Shown: positions 111,933 to 125,430 of the stretch, piece after piece
Layout: each line of letters begins with the position of its first letter
Position numbering within the stretch: position 1 is the stretch's first letter
Assembly (NCBI RefSeq): GCF_000400465.1
Contig: NW_008806285.1
Span: 20,001-268,000 of the forward strand
Length of the DNA: 248,000 nucleotides
Source of the DNA: Wallemia ichthyophaga EXF-994
Taxonomy: Eukaryota > Fungi > Basidiomycota
Reading direction: 5' to 3'
Translations under genes and position numbers: made by a program
The notes under the pieces: generated by a model
Told to the model about the DNA's origin: nothing
Databases searched by the model: none
What the model saw: only the letters and a program-made list of their open reading frames with translations

Positions 111933-112897
111933 TTATGGCTTGCGGTAATCAAGAAGTGTAGCATAGATATTGTTGAATGCTGTGTAGATCTCTTCACGAA
112001 CCTTCATGACTTATTAGTATGAGAGCGATGCAAAGATTAGTACACTCACTTTTGCACCTGTTAGGACAATCTTTCCTGAAACGAAAATCAAGAGGACTAC
112101 TTTTGGTTTGACCATTCTGTAGATTAGACCAGGGAACAATTCAGGCTCGTATGAACTGAAATGACCGTGTGTATATGCAAGTCCTTCCAAACGAATTGGG
112201 AACTTGACATCACAAGAACCGACTATGTTCTTTAATTCATTTAGTATAATACTTCCAAATGACCCAATAAACTCACCTGAATCTTAAACTCAGAAAACTT
112301 TGCATCAAATCCGAGCTTCTGGATGATACGAGCGTACTTTCTTGACGCAAGCTTGGAATCGTCTTCGGACTTTGCACCGGTAACTACCATTTTACCAGAT
112401 GCGAAAATCAGCGCTGTTGTCTTTGGATCTCTTATTCTCATTATGACAGCAGCGAAACGCTACACAAAGTGTCAATTATTGTGTCAATGGTAACGTAATC
112501 ACCATCAACGGACCTTTGGATTGTACTCTGCGTTACGAGCATGCAGAGCGATAGTCTTCAAATCGAGCCTACAATCCAAGTTGACGGTTGCAACAATGTT
112601 CCTACCAAGTGTTAACTTTGATACAGTAAAAAGTAAACCGCACTCACTGAAGCGTAGGGACAATGTTCTGAGCGTGTGCTGCGAGGAGCGTTAAACAGTG
112701 GCCGCTGTGCACTAAGCAGCCGACGCACTCATACCAGTGTCAGCATGGCTAGGTGTTTGTACTGCTTGTGGTGTTGGTGGAACACCGTATGCTTGAGGAG
112801 TTATCGCTGGCTGTGGACGTTGAACTGGAGCTGATGGTGGCGGCATCGAGTCAGAGGCCTTTGAGGCTTGGTCTGGCAATTTCAATGTAGTGTTCAT
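111933..112897 (-). CDS. SPT15: TATA-binding protein
   Basis: [39 protein letters not shown]. Confidence 0.96.
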
Positions 112898-113540
112898 ATT
112901 GTAATTCGAAATTAGCTTTGAGTTCCTTTATACCAACAGCAGCAGCGTCCTCTAACACTTGCTCACCAGATGGACGTAAGGAATCAAAAAGCTGTGCCAG
113001 CACATTGCTTATATACCAAATTTGAAAATCTCCATAAGAGGCCCGGAGTACTAATCAATTAGGCCTGCATATTTCTAGGCACTGTTCGTAGCTCACATAT
113101 GGACTTTCAGAGCTCTAGCTTTCTTATCCGGCGTGCTGGAGGTGGTGTGCTGATGGTTGAAGAGAGCCATACAGTCGAAGAATGAGCAAACCAGTCCAAT
113201 AAGATGCGGTGAGCCTTATACAAGGTCACTGGTAATCCTGTGGCAAATTCATCACTATTCGGACGAGTCATCAACGTTGCTTGACCAGGTTGGAGCGGGA
113301 GGATTCTGAAATTGCTTTAGGTCTATTGCATCCTATTATTATCTCTTGCTGTGCTCACTTCCACAACTCTCTTCAATTGGCATACTCGCCATTACAGATG
113401 CTTCAACCCACTCTCTTTTAGAAGATATCGCTTTTAAAGGGCACTATATCTTTAAACAAACCAAGAAGCTAATATTACATCTGAAATGGTTATACAAAAT
113501 GTTGTGTCAATGCAAGGTTATGTTGCGAAATCGCATGCGT

Positions 113541-114992
113541 CTAGCGTATAAGTTTGGTGAGGTTGAAAGCTGAGTCCCGTTTGAGTTTCTTGCTCCTGTC
113601 AGCCTGCTGTTCTGGGAACAGCTTCCATATCCTTATAGTCTCGTCAGCACTGCCAGTGGCGACAGTAGTCCTATCAGCCGAAACACCCATGTGGATAGGC
113701 CGGCAGATATGTCCGCCAATAGCAGTCACTTGAGACATGGACGGGTATTTCCATATGCATAGCTGATTCATTGGTGCAATCGAGCTGTATCCAGACGTCG
113801 ACAAGAGTTCTTGGGTGTTCTGCGAAAACCATAGGTTGCAGACTTGGCTGCCGGTATCCCAGTCTCCCACTGGTTTCCTATCGCTTTTTAAGATATCCCT
113901 AAACACGATTCGGCGGTCGTTTGTACCTCCTCCTGAAGCCAGAATGCCGCGGTGGTGGGGATTGAATGCTAGCGCGGTGACTGCAGCTTCGTGGTCATAG
114001 TAGCGATTCAAAAACCTGTCCTGGCTCCGCGTATCCCACAAGTACAGCTTGTTGTCGTTCCCACCACTAGCGAGCATATTGGTAGCAGGGTCGTATGTCA
114101 AGCTCGTTATTTCTCCATTGTGTCGCTTGATGCAGGATTGGGTGGGTGTGCGCAGATCTCTGACCAACATTGATCGATCGCGCGAGCCAGATGCAAGAGT
114201 CATATGTGAAGCCCATGCCAGAGTTCCCACCCGCATGTCGTGGCCTCGTAACGTGCGCACCAGCCTGGTTGTCGTTGATGCATCCCATATCTGTACAAGG
114301 CCATCGTAACGCCCTACAGCGAGCAGTGTACCGCCCTCGATCCATTGAAGACTCGTGACAACTACATCATGGGTGTAGCTTGATGGGTCGCTCAAAGTGA
114401 AAACCTGGCTGCTGTGTGCAATCCATATAAATACGCGCGCTCCTAGTGCCACAGCGAGCATATTATGTGAGGACCAGCTCAGCAGATTCGTGTATTGGTC
114501 ATCGACCATGCCTGGGGCGTCGAGTACTTTCCAAGGCACTTTAGGAATTCTACGAGAGAGGCTTCTGTTGCGCTTCAAAATCCTTTCTGTGTTGCCTTTG
114601 ATGGGTAGTTGATTGTAGCAGTCGTGAGCCACGCTGTCGAGGGTAACTATGTTTGAAGGTCTACTGGAGTTCAACGCAGCTACAGCGGACGAGCTGGATG
114701 GCATAAACTGGAGCACTTTTGACCGTGGAGTCATTAATATAGGGGAATCATGAGAACCTGTCAGGGAGGATCTCCTTGTGGATGGTATCGTGTTTTCGTC
114801 ATTGAGCAGCTCGTTGCTAAGTAGGCTGGAAAAGCTTTTGTCGGCCTCCACCTTTGCGGCATCGATGTCGCCACCAGCAAATCCAATCAATTTAGGCTGC
114901 GGAGACGGATATTGCAGCAGAGAAGACGAAAAGGGTTTGAGCAAGGAATTGTAAGATGATTTTGAGTTGCTGTCATCAAGGTTATATGACAT
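113541..114992 (-). CDS. Cdc20/Fizzy-family APC/C activator
   Basis: C-box-like RFIP, VLDAPG, ASGGNDN, SGGGTNDR, terminal IR tail. Confidence 0.9.
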   Translation of the reverse strand: MSYNLDDSNSKSSYNSLLKPFSSSLLQYPSPQPKLIGFAGGDIDAAKVEADKSFSSLLSNELLNDENTIPSTRRSSLTGSHDSPILMTPRSKVLQFMPSSSSAVAALNSSRPSNIVTLDSVAHDCYNQLPIKGNTERILKRNRSLSRRIPKVPWKVLDAPGMVDDQYTNLLSWSSHNMLAVALGARVFIWIAHSSQVFTLSDPSSYTHDVVVTSLQWIEGGTLLAVGRYDGLVQIWDASTTTRLVRTLRGHDMRVGTLAWASHMTLASGSRDRSMLVRDLRTPTQSCIKRHNGEITSLTYDPATNMLASGGNDNKLYLWDTRSQDRFLNRYYDHEAAVTALAFNPHHRGILASGGGTNDRRIVFRDILKSDRKPVGDWDTGSQVCNLWFSQNTQELLSTSGYSSIAPMNQLCIWKYPSMSQVTAIGGHICRPIHMGVSADRTTVATGSADETIRIWKLFPEQQADRSKKLKRDSAFNLTKLIR

Positions 114993-115532
114993 CTTACTCA
115001 GTGGGGACCTCGAGGGTATGAATCTAGTGGAAATTAGCGTGGTGATGGCTGTAATAGCGAAGCTCACCGATCTGATTTCCTAGATCTTTTAGGCGTCGTC
115101 ATTGGGTGTTGTAATGTCTTGATGCTGAGGTACGGATCGAAGGAATGGAGCGAATGATCCACAGCAGGTTATTCGCGGAAAGTGGGGAATGAAGGGCATT
115201 CTTAGTGAGCGGCATTTATAAATCATGTGCTTATAAGAAACCTTTTCCGGATCACACAAAGTTGTTCCACGGAGCGGATGTAATCATAAACATTGTATGT
115301 CTGTCCCTGTTACACGAGCGGGAAAGAAGACCCTATTGCACAAATTGTGCTATAAAGTCAATATAAAATCAATTTTGTAAGTTTTTTAAGCTCCAAATTA
115401 CGTTCAGATCTGGAAATCTATCGCTCGTCGTCGAAGGTATTGCATCATAGTGGTTTTGGAGTACCCAGAGAAGGTTTTTTTAAGACGAGGAACGACACCC
115501 TCCTTCTTTACAAACTACCAAGACTAAACAAT

Positions 115533-115915
115533 ATGACTGGAGGTATGAGCAAAGTAAGCATGAGCATCACCAGCTTTGTTCGTCGCCTAACATATTCGTT
115601 TAGGTAGACCAACAATGGGGCAAGACCGACAACCAATTGCCAGACCACTCCCACAGACAACCAGGTGCTCCATACGAGACCGGTCAAACCCACTCCCACA
115701 AGACTGGTGACTCCCACGACCAACAATCTATTGCCAACAAGCTCGCCGGTACTTCCCACTTAGAGAAGGAAGAGCGCAAGGCTGAGAAGGAGGGCGGTAA
115801 GCCACCAACCGCTCCAGCCGTTTGGCACGGCAACGAGCCATCAAAGGGTGCTAAGGTCGACGAGGACCTCGGCAAGGAAGACGAGAAGGTCTTGCACAAG
115901 AAGGGTCTTGCCTAA
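115533..115915 (+). CDS. Small conserved fungal hydrophilic protein
   Basis: QSIANKLA...PTAPAVWHGNEPSKGAKVD. Confidence 0.7.
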
Positions 115916-116329
115916 ACGACTTCACGATGTTAATGTTTGCATGTATACGATAATTTGCTAAATTTGATTGCATAGTTGATTTAATCTGGAGTTCTGTGTA
116001 CTGAGTGAGCGCTATGATTGCACTATGGATAAATCGTTTGGACAGATTATAGAATTCTCCTGATTTTCATAAACTCGTAAAGGTCTACCACCTCAAGACC
116101 AGGGACGTAGGTCACAACACTGTGATGAGGTCAAACTTGAGCGATGGTGATATTTCTGTAAAGCAACTGGTTTACGAAAAAGTCTTTGGTTTGTTTGCAA
116201 TTATCAGTCTTTAGTTGCGCTGTACAGTTGTTCAACTTGATTTGATATGTTGCAAGGGGAGCAATTTAGCGTCTTGAAAATCGAAGTTTTTACCGTACTT
116301 CCTTCTAAGATTCCAACGCCGCCTCAAAC

Positions 116330-117180
116330 GCTTTCACATCCTCATTATTTGAAATCTCGAAATCCACTGACCGGAAGCCAACCCCGCGATTTGTGTTTTA
116401 ACGCCCTCCGCTTTTCTATACCTAAATCTCTTCCTCCGATTGTAAAGTGAGGCGGAACGGCAATAATGTTCCCCTGGAGCCAGGTTTGACAGCTGTAAAC
116501 GCCATGAGACGTAAAATGTTTTCTGCGATTATAGAGCTGAATAATGAAGATTTTTGGTGCTTGTCGTTTCTAGAAGACAAAATAAAATGTTTTTGTCCAC
116601 GAAGAGCGCGAAATTATCCGTATCTAACCTGTAGCGTGCTCCAGAGCGATTTTAGACCATTGCTTCCGATCAGCGTGCAAGGCGCTTTTTGGAGCGCCAG
116701 GATAACTATAGCAAAATCATGTTCTTTCTAGTCAAAGACTAATCAAACTATTTTATTTAGAGATCATCAAAAGTCGTAAATCACCATCTGAGACGAGATA
116801 GGTGATGATCGAGAAATCCAACTCGGTGGGTATTGAGCGTGGGGTTGATATGGGGATGTATTTGGAATGCTGCAAATGGTATGGAACTGATGTATTTGGC
116901 AAATGGTTCAAAAGCACAGAATATCTTATCTCTGCATTCGACTTCTCACTTTCTAGGTCATTTGCAGGGTAGCTTGAGCATATTCAATTCAATAAACTGA
117001 ATTCTACTATTTTAAGCATATGAAAGTACTAAAGGAACTATTCAAAGCGCCCTGTGATTCCACAAACACAACTGGAAGTTATCTGATATAAATCCGAGTC
117101 ACTGTATTCATCTAATGTGCAAAAGAATATCGAATTGGGTGATTTCGGGATTCAGCGAGGATTACATGTGTATCAAATCT
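116330..117180 (-). repeat. Diverged ~0.9-kb dispersed repeat, copy 1 (inverted relative to copies 2 and 3)
   Basis: Shared blocks such as tgaaatctcgaaat, gttgatatggggatgtat, ggtcatttgc with the reverse complements of 153 kb and 168 kb. Confidence 0.8.
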
Positions 117181-117569
117181 ACATGCTGACCACCTTTGTT
117201 TATCATGCGCGGCTGAGCGGAAGAGAGAAGACTAGTGCTTAAAAGACACCGGTGTATCTGGCAACTTGCAGTACGAAACCAAAGTAATTTCCATGGTTTC
117301 GGCTGAGATTCTCGTGGTATTGATGTCTTTGAGGCTGCAATGTGCGCTAGTTTTAGTGATAGTATCTACGCTCGGGAGTATTGACGATATCGGGGTAGAG
117401 ATGATAACAGGACAGGGTCAAGAGCTCAATTACCCATAAGCATTTTAAATTCATGTTAAATCACAACTCGAATACTTTGAAAAACTGTTATCGCTTCGTA
117501 GATCAAAACATCCATCTCCATATACCAAGTAGGTCTGAGAAGACCAGCAGAAACAACCTTTAACGTATA

Positions 117570-119923
117570 TTAGTGGATGACGGATTACTCCTCAACTTTA
117601 CCAGCGGCGGTTCTCGTCAAGATCGTAGCAAAAAAGGTGGTAGATGGACAGATAGGTGAGCCTCATCTGCAATGCTTGGACACAGGCGCTTAACTTAAAC
117701 CGCAGAGCATCGGCTAAGCAGACAATGAAGCGCAATCAGCGCTACAGTGCAAAGCAGCAGAAAGCTAGCCAGCCAACCCAACCACAGCAACAGCTAGAAC
117801 CACAGGCAGCCCAGTCTGATCCACCGGCTAAAAAGCAGAAAGGCATTAACAATGATGCCCACGGTGAACAATCCAATCAACCAAGCCAAAACAACCAAAA
117901 GAAGCACGTTGTTTCATCTCTTTTCACTTTCAATCCAAAGGTAGAGGAAGAGCAGCAACAAATAAACTCAAAATCACTTGAACACCCCCAGCAGCAGCCT
118001 TCCAATGCGCCACTTGCATCGACGAGTACTTTTGAAGGTGCCAAACTGCACCCGCTTCTCATTCAACATCTTCGCGATAAACTCGAGATCAAAGCACCCA
118101 CTCCAATACAGAAACTGGCATTGCCGACACTTCTGCAACCTTCTGTTGATGAGAACAATGTACTGGCATCCAGAGATGTCTTTATACAATCTCAAACTGG
118201 ATCTGGTAAAACGCTCGCTTATCTGTTACCAATCATACAAGATTTGCTGCCAATGGGTGAGCTATCATTCATTGATAGAAGCATCGGTACACTGGCTATC
118301 ATATTGGCACCTACTCGTGAACTGGCTAGACAAATCTTCGATGTTCTTGAAAATCTCCTTCAATTGAGTTTGACATTAAGAGGTGTCCCAGAAGAAGAGC
118401 AGCAGAGATTGACTAGGTGGCTTGTAGGTGGTCTGCTGACTGGTGGTTCTACTCGTACGCACGAAAAAGCTAGACTGAGGAAGGGATGCCCTATTATTGT
118501 CTCTACGCCGGGTAGGCTTCTCGACCACTTGCAGAACACAACCTCATTCAACGCATCCAAATGTCGTTGGTTGGTTCTTGATGAAGCTGATAGATTGATG
118601 GATCTGGGCTTCGAGGAAACCATTACTGGTATTATTAAGGGACTCGAGGGTCGTCGCAAGCTTACAAAGAAAGCCGTCGAGGAAGGCAATCTCTCTGAGG
118701 TTGGTGGTTGGAATTTTGATTACAGACGGCGAAACATACTCTGTTCAGCGACGATCAGAGAGGATATACAATCATTTGCTAGTCAACAGCTGCTCAATCC
118801 AGTAGTGCTTAAGGAGAGCGACATCAAGAAGGAAGCTGACGGTGAAACAGCCACGACGAATGATGAGGCAACCAAGTTCACTCCACCAGCGCAATTAACT
118901 CAAAAGTACGTGCAAGTACCACTCAAACTCCGTTTAGTTGCTTTGCTGGCGTTGTTGCGATCACTTCTTACGTCGAAAGACAACGAGCAAGGTAACAGGA
119001 TCATAACGTTCTTCAGTTGTACAGACTCAGTCGACCTCCACTTCCAGTTGTTCGGTGGGGTATCTATGGACGATGCGGGTAGGAGAAATGTAGATGATAG
119101 ATTGAGCGTGACGTGTCCAATCCTGCCAAACACAAAAATTTACAGACTCCATGGTTCGATGTCATTGCAGAATCGTTTGAACACAGTCAAGGAATTCACC
119201 GACAAGAAATCCCAGCAACCAGCTATCATGTTCTGTACATCGGTCGCATCTAGAGGTTTGGATATGCCCTTAGTCCGAGCAGTTGTGCAGGTAGATCTTC
119301 CAACGGAGGGCGGAGCAAACGAGTACGTCCACAGAGTCGGTAGAACAGCCAGAGCAGGTAAAGGTGGTGAGGCGTGGTCATTTGTAGCTCCATCGGAGAT
119401 AGGTTGGGTAGAGTGGTTGACAAACCAATTGGACCCTGACCACAAGTCCATCAAACTGAACAGCGTATCTGTTGATAATGTACTCAAGCGTGGTTACGGT
119501 GGACAAGGAAATGAGTTTGAAAGTAGAGCTACAGATGTACAGACGTCTCTTGAAAGATGGGTGATTGCGTCACCAGAGAACTCTCAACTGGCTAGAAAAG
119601 CTTATCTGTCACATATAAGAGCATATGCTACACATCCACTCGATGAGCGCAAGTTCTTCCATGTCAAGCTTCTTCATCTTGGTCACTTAGCTAAGGCTTT
119701 CGCTTTGCGTGAAACACCAACGACTGCGAGCACAACTAAAGGTGATGTGGCTCAGACCAAGGACAACCAGAAACAACAGACCATCGAACAGAGAATGCAA
119801 GATTCTGTTAGGAGGATTGGTAAAAACACAAAGCGAGATGGCGAATTCGCAAACAATGACACGAGTGAATTCCAAACTTCGATATCAGGATATGACATGA
119901 AGCCAAGCAAAAGGAAGCGTTAA
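117570..119923 (+). CDS. DBP7: DEAD-box helicase Dbp7
   Basis: SQTGSGKTLAY, LDEADRL, HRVGRTARAG, GHLAKAFALRE. Confidence 0.92.
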
Positions 119924-120096
119924 TTGTAATTGATTAATTTATTATTCATATAGAAATACTCATCTAAAAAAAAAAAGAAAGTAAATGTTGAATTACAATG
120001 CTGCGAAATGATATATTTATTATGCAATGCTAAGTTGGTGCTGAATATTTGGAGTGATGTTTTCGGCTTTTGTAGCGTTTACGTGGTGTACATGGT

Positions 120097-122902
120097 TTAC
120101 ATCTTGAAGAGGAAGCCCATATCTTCCGGTGACAATCTACCCATCGCAGCATCGTCACGACCGATAGCAGCATCAACCATGGCAGATTTCTTTTCTTGTA
120201 GTTGAACAATACGGCTTTCGATGGAGTCTTCAATAACGAGCTTGATGCATTGGACGGGTCTCCGCGCACCTAGTCTGTGTACTCTGTCCATGGCTTGGTA
120301 CTCGACAGCTGGGTTCCACCACGAGTCCATCATGTACACTCTCGAGGCTTCAGTCAAGTTAAGTGCAACACCACCTGCTTTGAGCGATACTAGGAAGACG
120401 GTGCAGTGTACATTCTTCATAAAATGCTGTACAACTGCGTTCCTAGTCTGCGGTGTCATGTTGCCTTCAAGTCTACAGATCTGAGTGTGAATTAGCAATG
120501 AGTGGGGTATTGTACCTCAGGCATCACCCACATTAAATCCAGCCCTCTTGAGTCTCCATGCAACCAGATCAAGGAAGTTGACAAACTGGCTGAAGACAAG
120601 CGACTTGATAGTACAGTCCTCTCTTTGCAACTCAGTCAGCTCCTCAACCAGTGCCTCGATTTTTGTCGATGATTTCCAGTGAGCCATGTCGAGTCTGCCC
120701 GTGATGCCATTCGGCTTGCTCGTCTTCAGGCCCTCATCTTCGGCACGCTCTATTGAAGGTTGGTTAATATCGATCGAGATCGGGACGTGGCAAGATGGAC
120801 ATTCTGGCTGCTCGACCAGACTGCCAGTCAAATACTCAGTGATGCAAAGACGACAGAAGGCGTGGTGACAGCGTGCGTCAATCGCGTCTTCTGCTATGTC
120901 GTTACAGATCCTGCATACATGCTCATCTGATAAGTCTTTGCCATACTCTGTAGTACGACTCTTGAGAACAAGATCTGGATGACATGCCATCTGGCGCATA
121001 CGCGTAATGAGTGAGAAGATGTTCGAGTAGTTGTTCAAAATGGTACCTTGGTCAATATACGAAGAGAAAGCGCGTCGAACGTCACTGTATAGAGACAAGT
121101 AGATGTCACGCTCTTCTTCGGAGAAGAAGTCTCTGCGGCACTTGACGATACGCGGTGGCAAGCCGAGATCATCAGCTCGCTCGACTTTGGTGCGGCGGAG
121201 CATCATTCTGTCGAGCAGAATTTTGAGCTTCTTAAAAGCGGTCAAACCTTCACCAACCATACCATACCTTTGGATGGGTGTAAGAATCTCGTTGTTCCAA
121301 AAACAGACGTGATTCATTGGTGATTCACCGCAGTAGTCGCAGTGGCGTCTGTCGGAGAAACTCCAATTCAACGACTTACACTTGGACTTTTTACCGTAGT
121401 AATAAGCGAATGGATCAGCGCCAATAAAACGAACGAGCGAGTAGAGTTCTCCAACTCTATTTTGCAGTGGTGTACCAGAAAGGCACCACTTGAAGTTACT
121501 TTTCAATCCAAAGGCTGCTTTGGAAGTGTTGGATGATCTTTCTTTAATGTTATGAGCTTCATCGAGAATAATCCTGTGCCAGTTTATTGCGTGCAACGGA
121601 CTAGGCTCTTTGATTTTCGAGCCTTTCCTCTGTCTGCCATACTGCTGTATACGAAATGCTGACTCCATCACGGAATAGGATGTCATTACGACATCGTATT
121701 TTTTCAAATCTGCTATGTTTTTGGTACGAGAAGCGCCGTGCCACAGCAATACGTTCATTCCGTCAGTGTAAGATTCTATCTCATTTTTCCATTGGACAAC
121801 GGCGATGGTGGGAGCGACAATAAGGTTTGGTTTCTTACGGTCGCTCAGCAACAACGCGATTGTCTGAATAGTCTTACCCATACCCATCTCATCAGCAAGC
121901 ATACCGCCTTTCCATGGACCCTTCTCTTGTTCCTTCATCCAATACAATGACTCTTGCTGGAAGGGGAGCAGCTTGAGCTTGAGACCAGGGGGAGAAGGGA
122001 GCGTCTGGGGCTTCTGTGGTACGATATCTCTTGACAAATCACCCCAAACATCCTTAAGTTCGGGATGCCAACAACCGAGAGCGACTTGGTTCCTGAAAAC
122101 AATGAGCGAAACAAGATATGCCAAGTTGGCACTCACATTTCACCACGCGTAAGCGTTTTGCGACCAAGTTCTTTTTTCAGTTTTGTCCTCTCTTGTATCT
122201 CAAACTTGTCACGCTGTCTTTTCAAGGCTGCGATGCGCTTCCTCTCGTCTGCCATAGCTTGTTTCTCTTCTTGCGTGAGTTCATCGTTATCCTTGAGGAT
122301 CTTTGGCAATGGCTTGATCTCTTGGACATCGTCGTCGGAAATGTCATGGGGATTATCAGCCTCGTTCGAGGCAACAATGGTAACGTCGTTGTCGCTGGCT
122401 TGTTCAAATTGATCGGCATATTTAATGCTTTCATCATCGGAACTAATCTATTACGTGCGTCAGAGCGCGTCTTATCACTTCTTTATAAGCACTTACGTCA
122501 ACCTTATCGTTAAACGTGGGCTTTCCGTTGGCTGTTTCAGTTCTCTTCCTCTTTGGCTTTGCGTCGACTTGAGTGTATAATGCTTCCATGTGCTCATCCT
122601 CATCTACATCCACCTTGTAATCTTCTTCCTCGTCGTCGTCGCCAATGTCATCTTGCTGCTCGTATTTGTCGTCGTATTCCAATTCATCGTCATCGCTGGG
122701 CTCTTGTTCTAACTCCTCCTGAAAGGTAATCTATATCAGCTTCAACTGTCTTCATTCCTCATGGAGCACCCACATTGACGTCGTCCTCAGCTTTGGCAAT
122801 GTTGAGTGATTCCACTGCCATTTTGGTATCTTGATCATCTGATGTATTGGTGCTATTCACAGTACTAGACCGCGTACTGGCTCTAGTGCTACGCCTTGCC
122901 AT
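120097..122902 (-). CDS. RAD16: Rad16 SNF2-family NER ATPase with RING
   Basis: LADEMGMGKT, LDEAH, RING CRIC...C.H.FC, LKAGGVALNL. Confidence 0.92.
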
Positions 122903-122955
122903 TGCGATGGGAGTATTAAACAAAGAAATGAATAAAAATTACAAGTCTATTGAAA

Positions 122956-123725
122956 TCACAGCAGGTCAAAGTCATCAAGCTGTTTCTAGTGTAAGAAATC
123001 CACCAAGACCGCTTAACGCCACTCACCTCATCGTTGTAGTTCATTACAGTTCTCTTGATCTTGGACGTGTCTACCCATGTAACGAAGTCTTCCATATTCC
123101 TGTGCATGTCAGTGTGTTCTATCCCTCCACTCACCCACTCACCTCGTTACCAAGAAGGCTGGATCTGTAATTGTATCTGGACCAACACGCAAATGACCTT
123201 GCTCGATATATTGAGTAGCCTAGACGCTTTAGAGTTATTCCAGCGAGTGTATCCCACCCACAGTCTTCACGCTCTCACAGAGCTTATTCCTCACGCAAAC
123301 AACGGCCAATCTTCTCCTGCAGAAACTAGCCACGCTGATCTTCTCCACGTCGCTAAGCTTCGAACCGATATTGAGCAGTCCCATCTCATAACCCTTGGCC
123401 AATAACTGAGTCTCCATTTGGTGTCGGTATGGGTCTTGCGCTGATAGCAGACTCAATCTGTGTGCCATCTGCCTCATCGATCCGCAAAGTCTGTTGTATT
123501 TGGCATAGTCGTCTCTTCCTTGCAAATGATACCTCCTCATAACCTTTATTTCACGCAGACTTGCATCCTGCTTCCACTGCAAGTTTGTTAGCTAACTTTC
123601 AGTGGTGCAGCATACACTAACATTGACAAAGTCGACCTTCTTAAGAAGTCTGCATGTTTTTAGACGCGTCCTTTTTACTATACACCCCTTACTTACTTCT
123701 GCTCGTGGTGTTTGAGATTACGCAT
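122956..123725 (-). CDS. IMP3: U3 snoRNP protein Imp3
   Basis: MRNLKHHEQK, RRRLAVV, MEDFVTWVD. Confidence 0.92.
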
Positions 123726-123859
123726 ATGATCACAGCTAAGAAAGAAGGTAGAATATATTATGACATTTTCAATTACAAGGGACAAACGCATTACTTTATA
123801 TGTGGAATCACTATAATAAATCATTGATTGTTGGAGCGTGTTTTCAGGCCTCCAAATTT

Positions 123860-124845
123860 TACTTTTTTGACTTCTTGCCAGATTCCTAAAGTTGAATTAG
123901 TCGTTGTTCCTTTTATTCCCGCTTACTTACTTTCTTAGCAGCCTTTTTTGGTGGCTCTGGTTGTGGCTCTGGCTCTGATTCAGATTCTGAAGAGTCAGAC
124001 TCGGATGAACCTGATCCCGATGAGTCAGATTCTGAAGAGCCTGAGCCTGATTCAGATTCTGAAGACTCCTCCGACTCTTGTGCTGGCTCTGGTTGCTTTT
124101 CTTCTTTCTTTGGCTTGGATGTCTTGGATGCTGGAGCCGTCTCCTTCTTCTCATCCATCTTGCTAGCAGTAGCTTTTGAGGACTTTGGCTCATCCTTTGC
124201 AATCTTCTTCTCCTCCTTCGTATCTTGCTTTGGTTTTTTCTCAGCTGGCTTCTTTGGAGCTGGCGTTGTTGAAAATCCTTCGTTCTCTCCTTTTTTGCGC
124301 CAGAGTGCCTCCCTACCAGACTTAACGTACTCATCTCTTTGCTGCTCAAACACATCAATTGACTTTTGGTACTTTTTGTTATATTTTTCTTTTTCAGCAG
124401 GATCAATTGAGTTCCACTCCTTGCCAACTTGACTCATGAATTGAGGTTGAGTTTGGGATGGATCTTTCTTGAGGCGCATGTCATTTTGGAAGAGGAGGTA
124501 AGCTGAAGCAGGTCTCTTTGGAGCTTCTGGGTCCTTTAAAGGCTTCAAACTCTTCTTTGTGAGTTGAAGATCCCTGTCGTTGTCGTAGAAGATTTTCTTG
124601 ATTACCCGTAATTGTGAGTCCATAGTTCTGGCTGTATTTGCGAGTGTCTCAAAGAGCGCATTTTCAAGTGGCGTATGCTCAATTGGTGGTTTCTCCTCCT
124701 TTGGTGAACCATCAGCAGAGCGCTTGTTTGAGGTTTGCGGTGATTGCTTTTTGTCACTTTCATCTTGCTTAACCTCTTTAACATCCTTCTTGGAGCCCTT
124801 TGGAGTTTTTGTAGGCGATTTGGTTGAGTTTGCTGCGACGGCCAT
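123860..124845 (-). CDS. HMG-box protein with acidic/Ser tail
   Basis: KDPEAPKRPASAYLLF...GKEWNSI. Confidence 0.85.
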
Positions 124846-125430
124846 AGTAAAAATTTGATTTCCCTATTAAATTTGTAGATGGAAGTTTGTTTGAAGGGGG
124901 GATGCGCGCGCGATTGAAATGTAATAGAACGGGGCGCTTCAAATTTAATAGGGAACCCCCATATTGAATGTGTAAAAATCATGAAGATGAATGATTTTTT
125001 TGAGCTTAATGAGATTTTTGGTGTTTGTGTGTGTGTGTGTGGTACTAGTGCTAGAGAATAGCAAAGCTAGAGAACTTGTTGGGCTGGCTGCAGACGTTGG
125101 TTACATCAACCCAACTAAGACAAGAAGAAATATGGAATTTAAAAGTGAAAAGAGTTTTGTGGCTTTTTATATGCCTCTACCGCTCCTTACCTCGCCTTAC
125201 TTCGCCTTTGCAAGTTAAAGTAGCGAACAATGGATTCAGCGAATGGGTTAAGAAAAGTGCTGATATTAGGTTATAAGATCAAATGAGCAGCTCAAAAGCA
125301 GATCAAGCCTTGAAATAGCAGCCTCAGATTGAGTAGCAAATTCTCGGGGTGTGTATAAAGGTTTTACCCTCTTGGACCTCAACACCCACCAACACTCATC
125401 AACACTCATCACAAGCAGAGAGATTGCAAG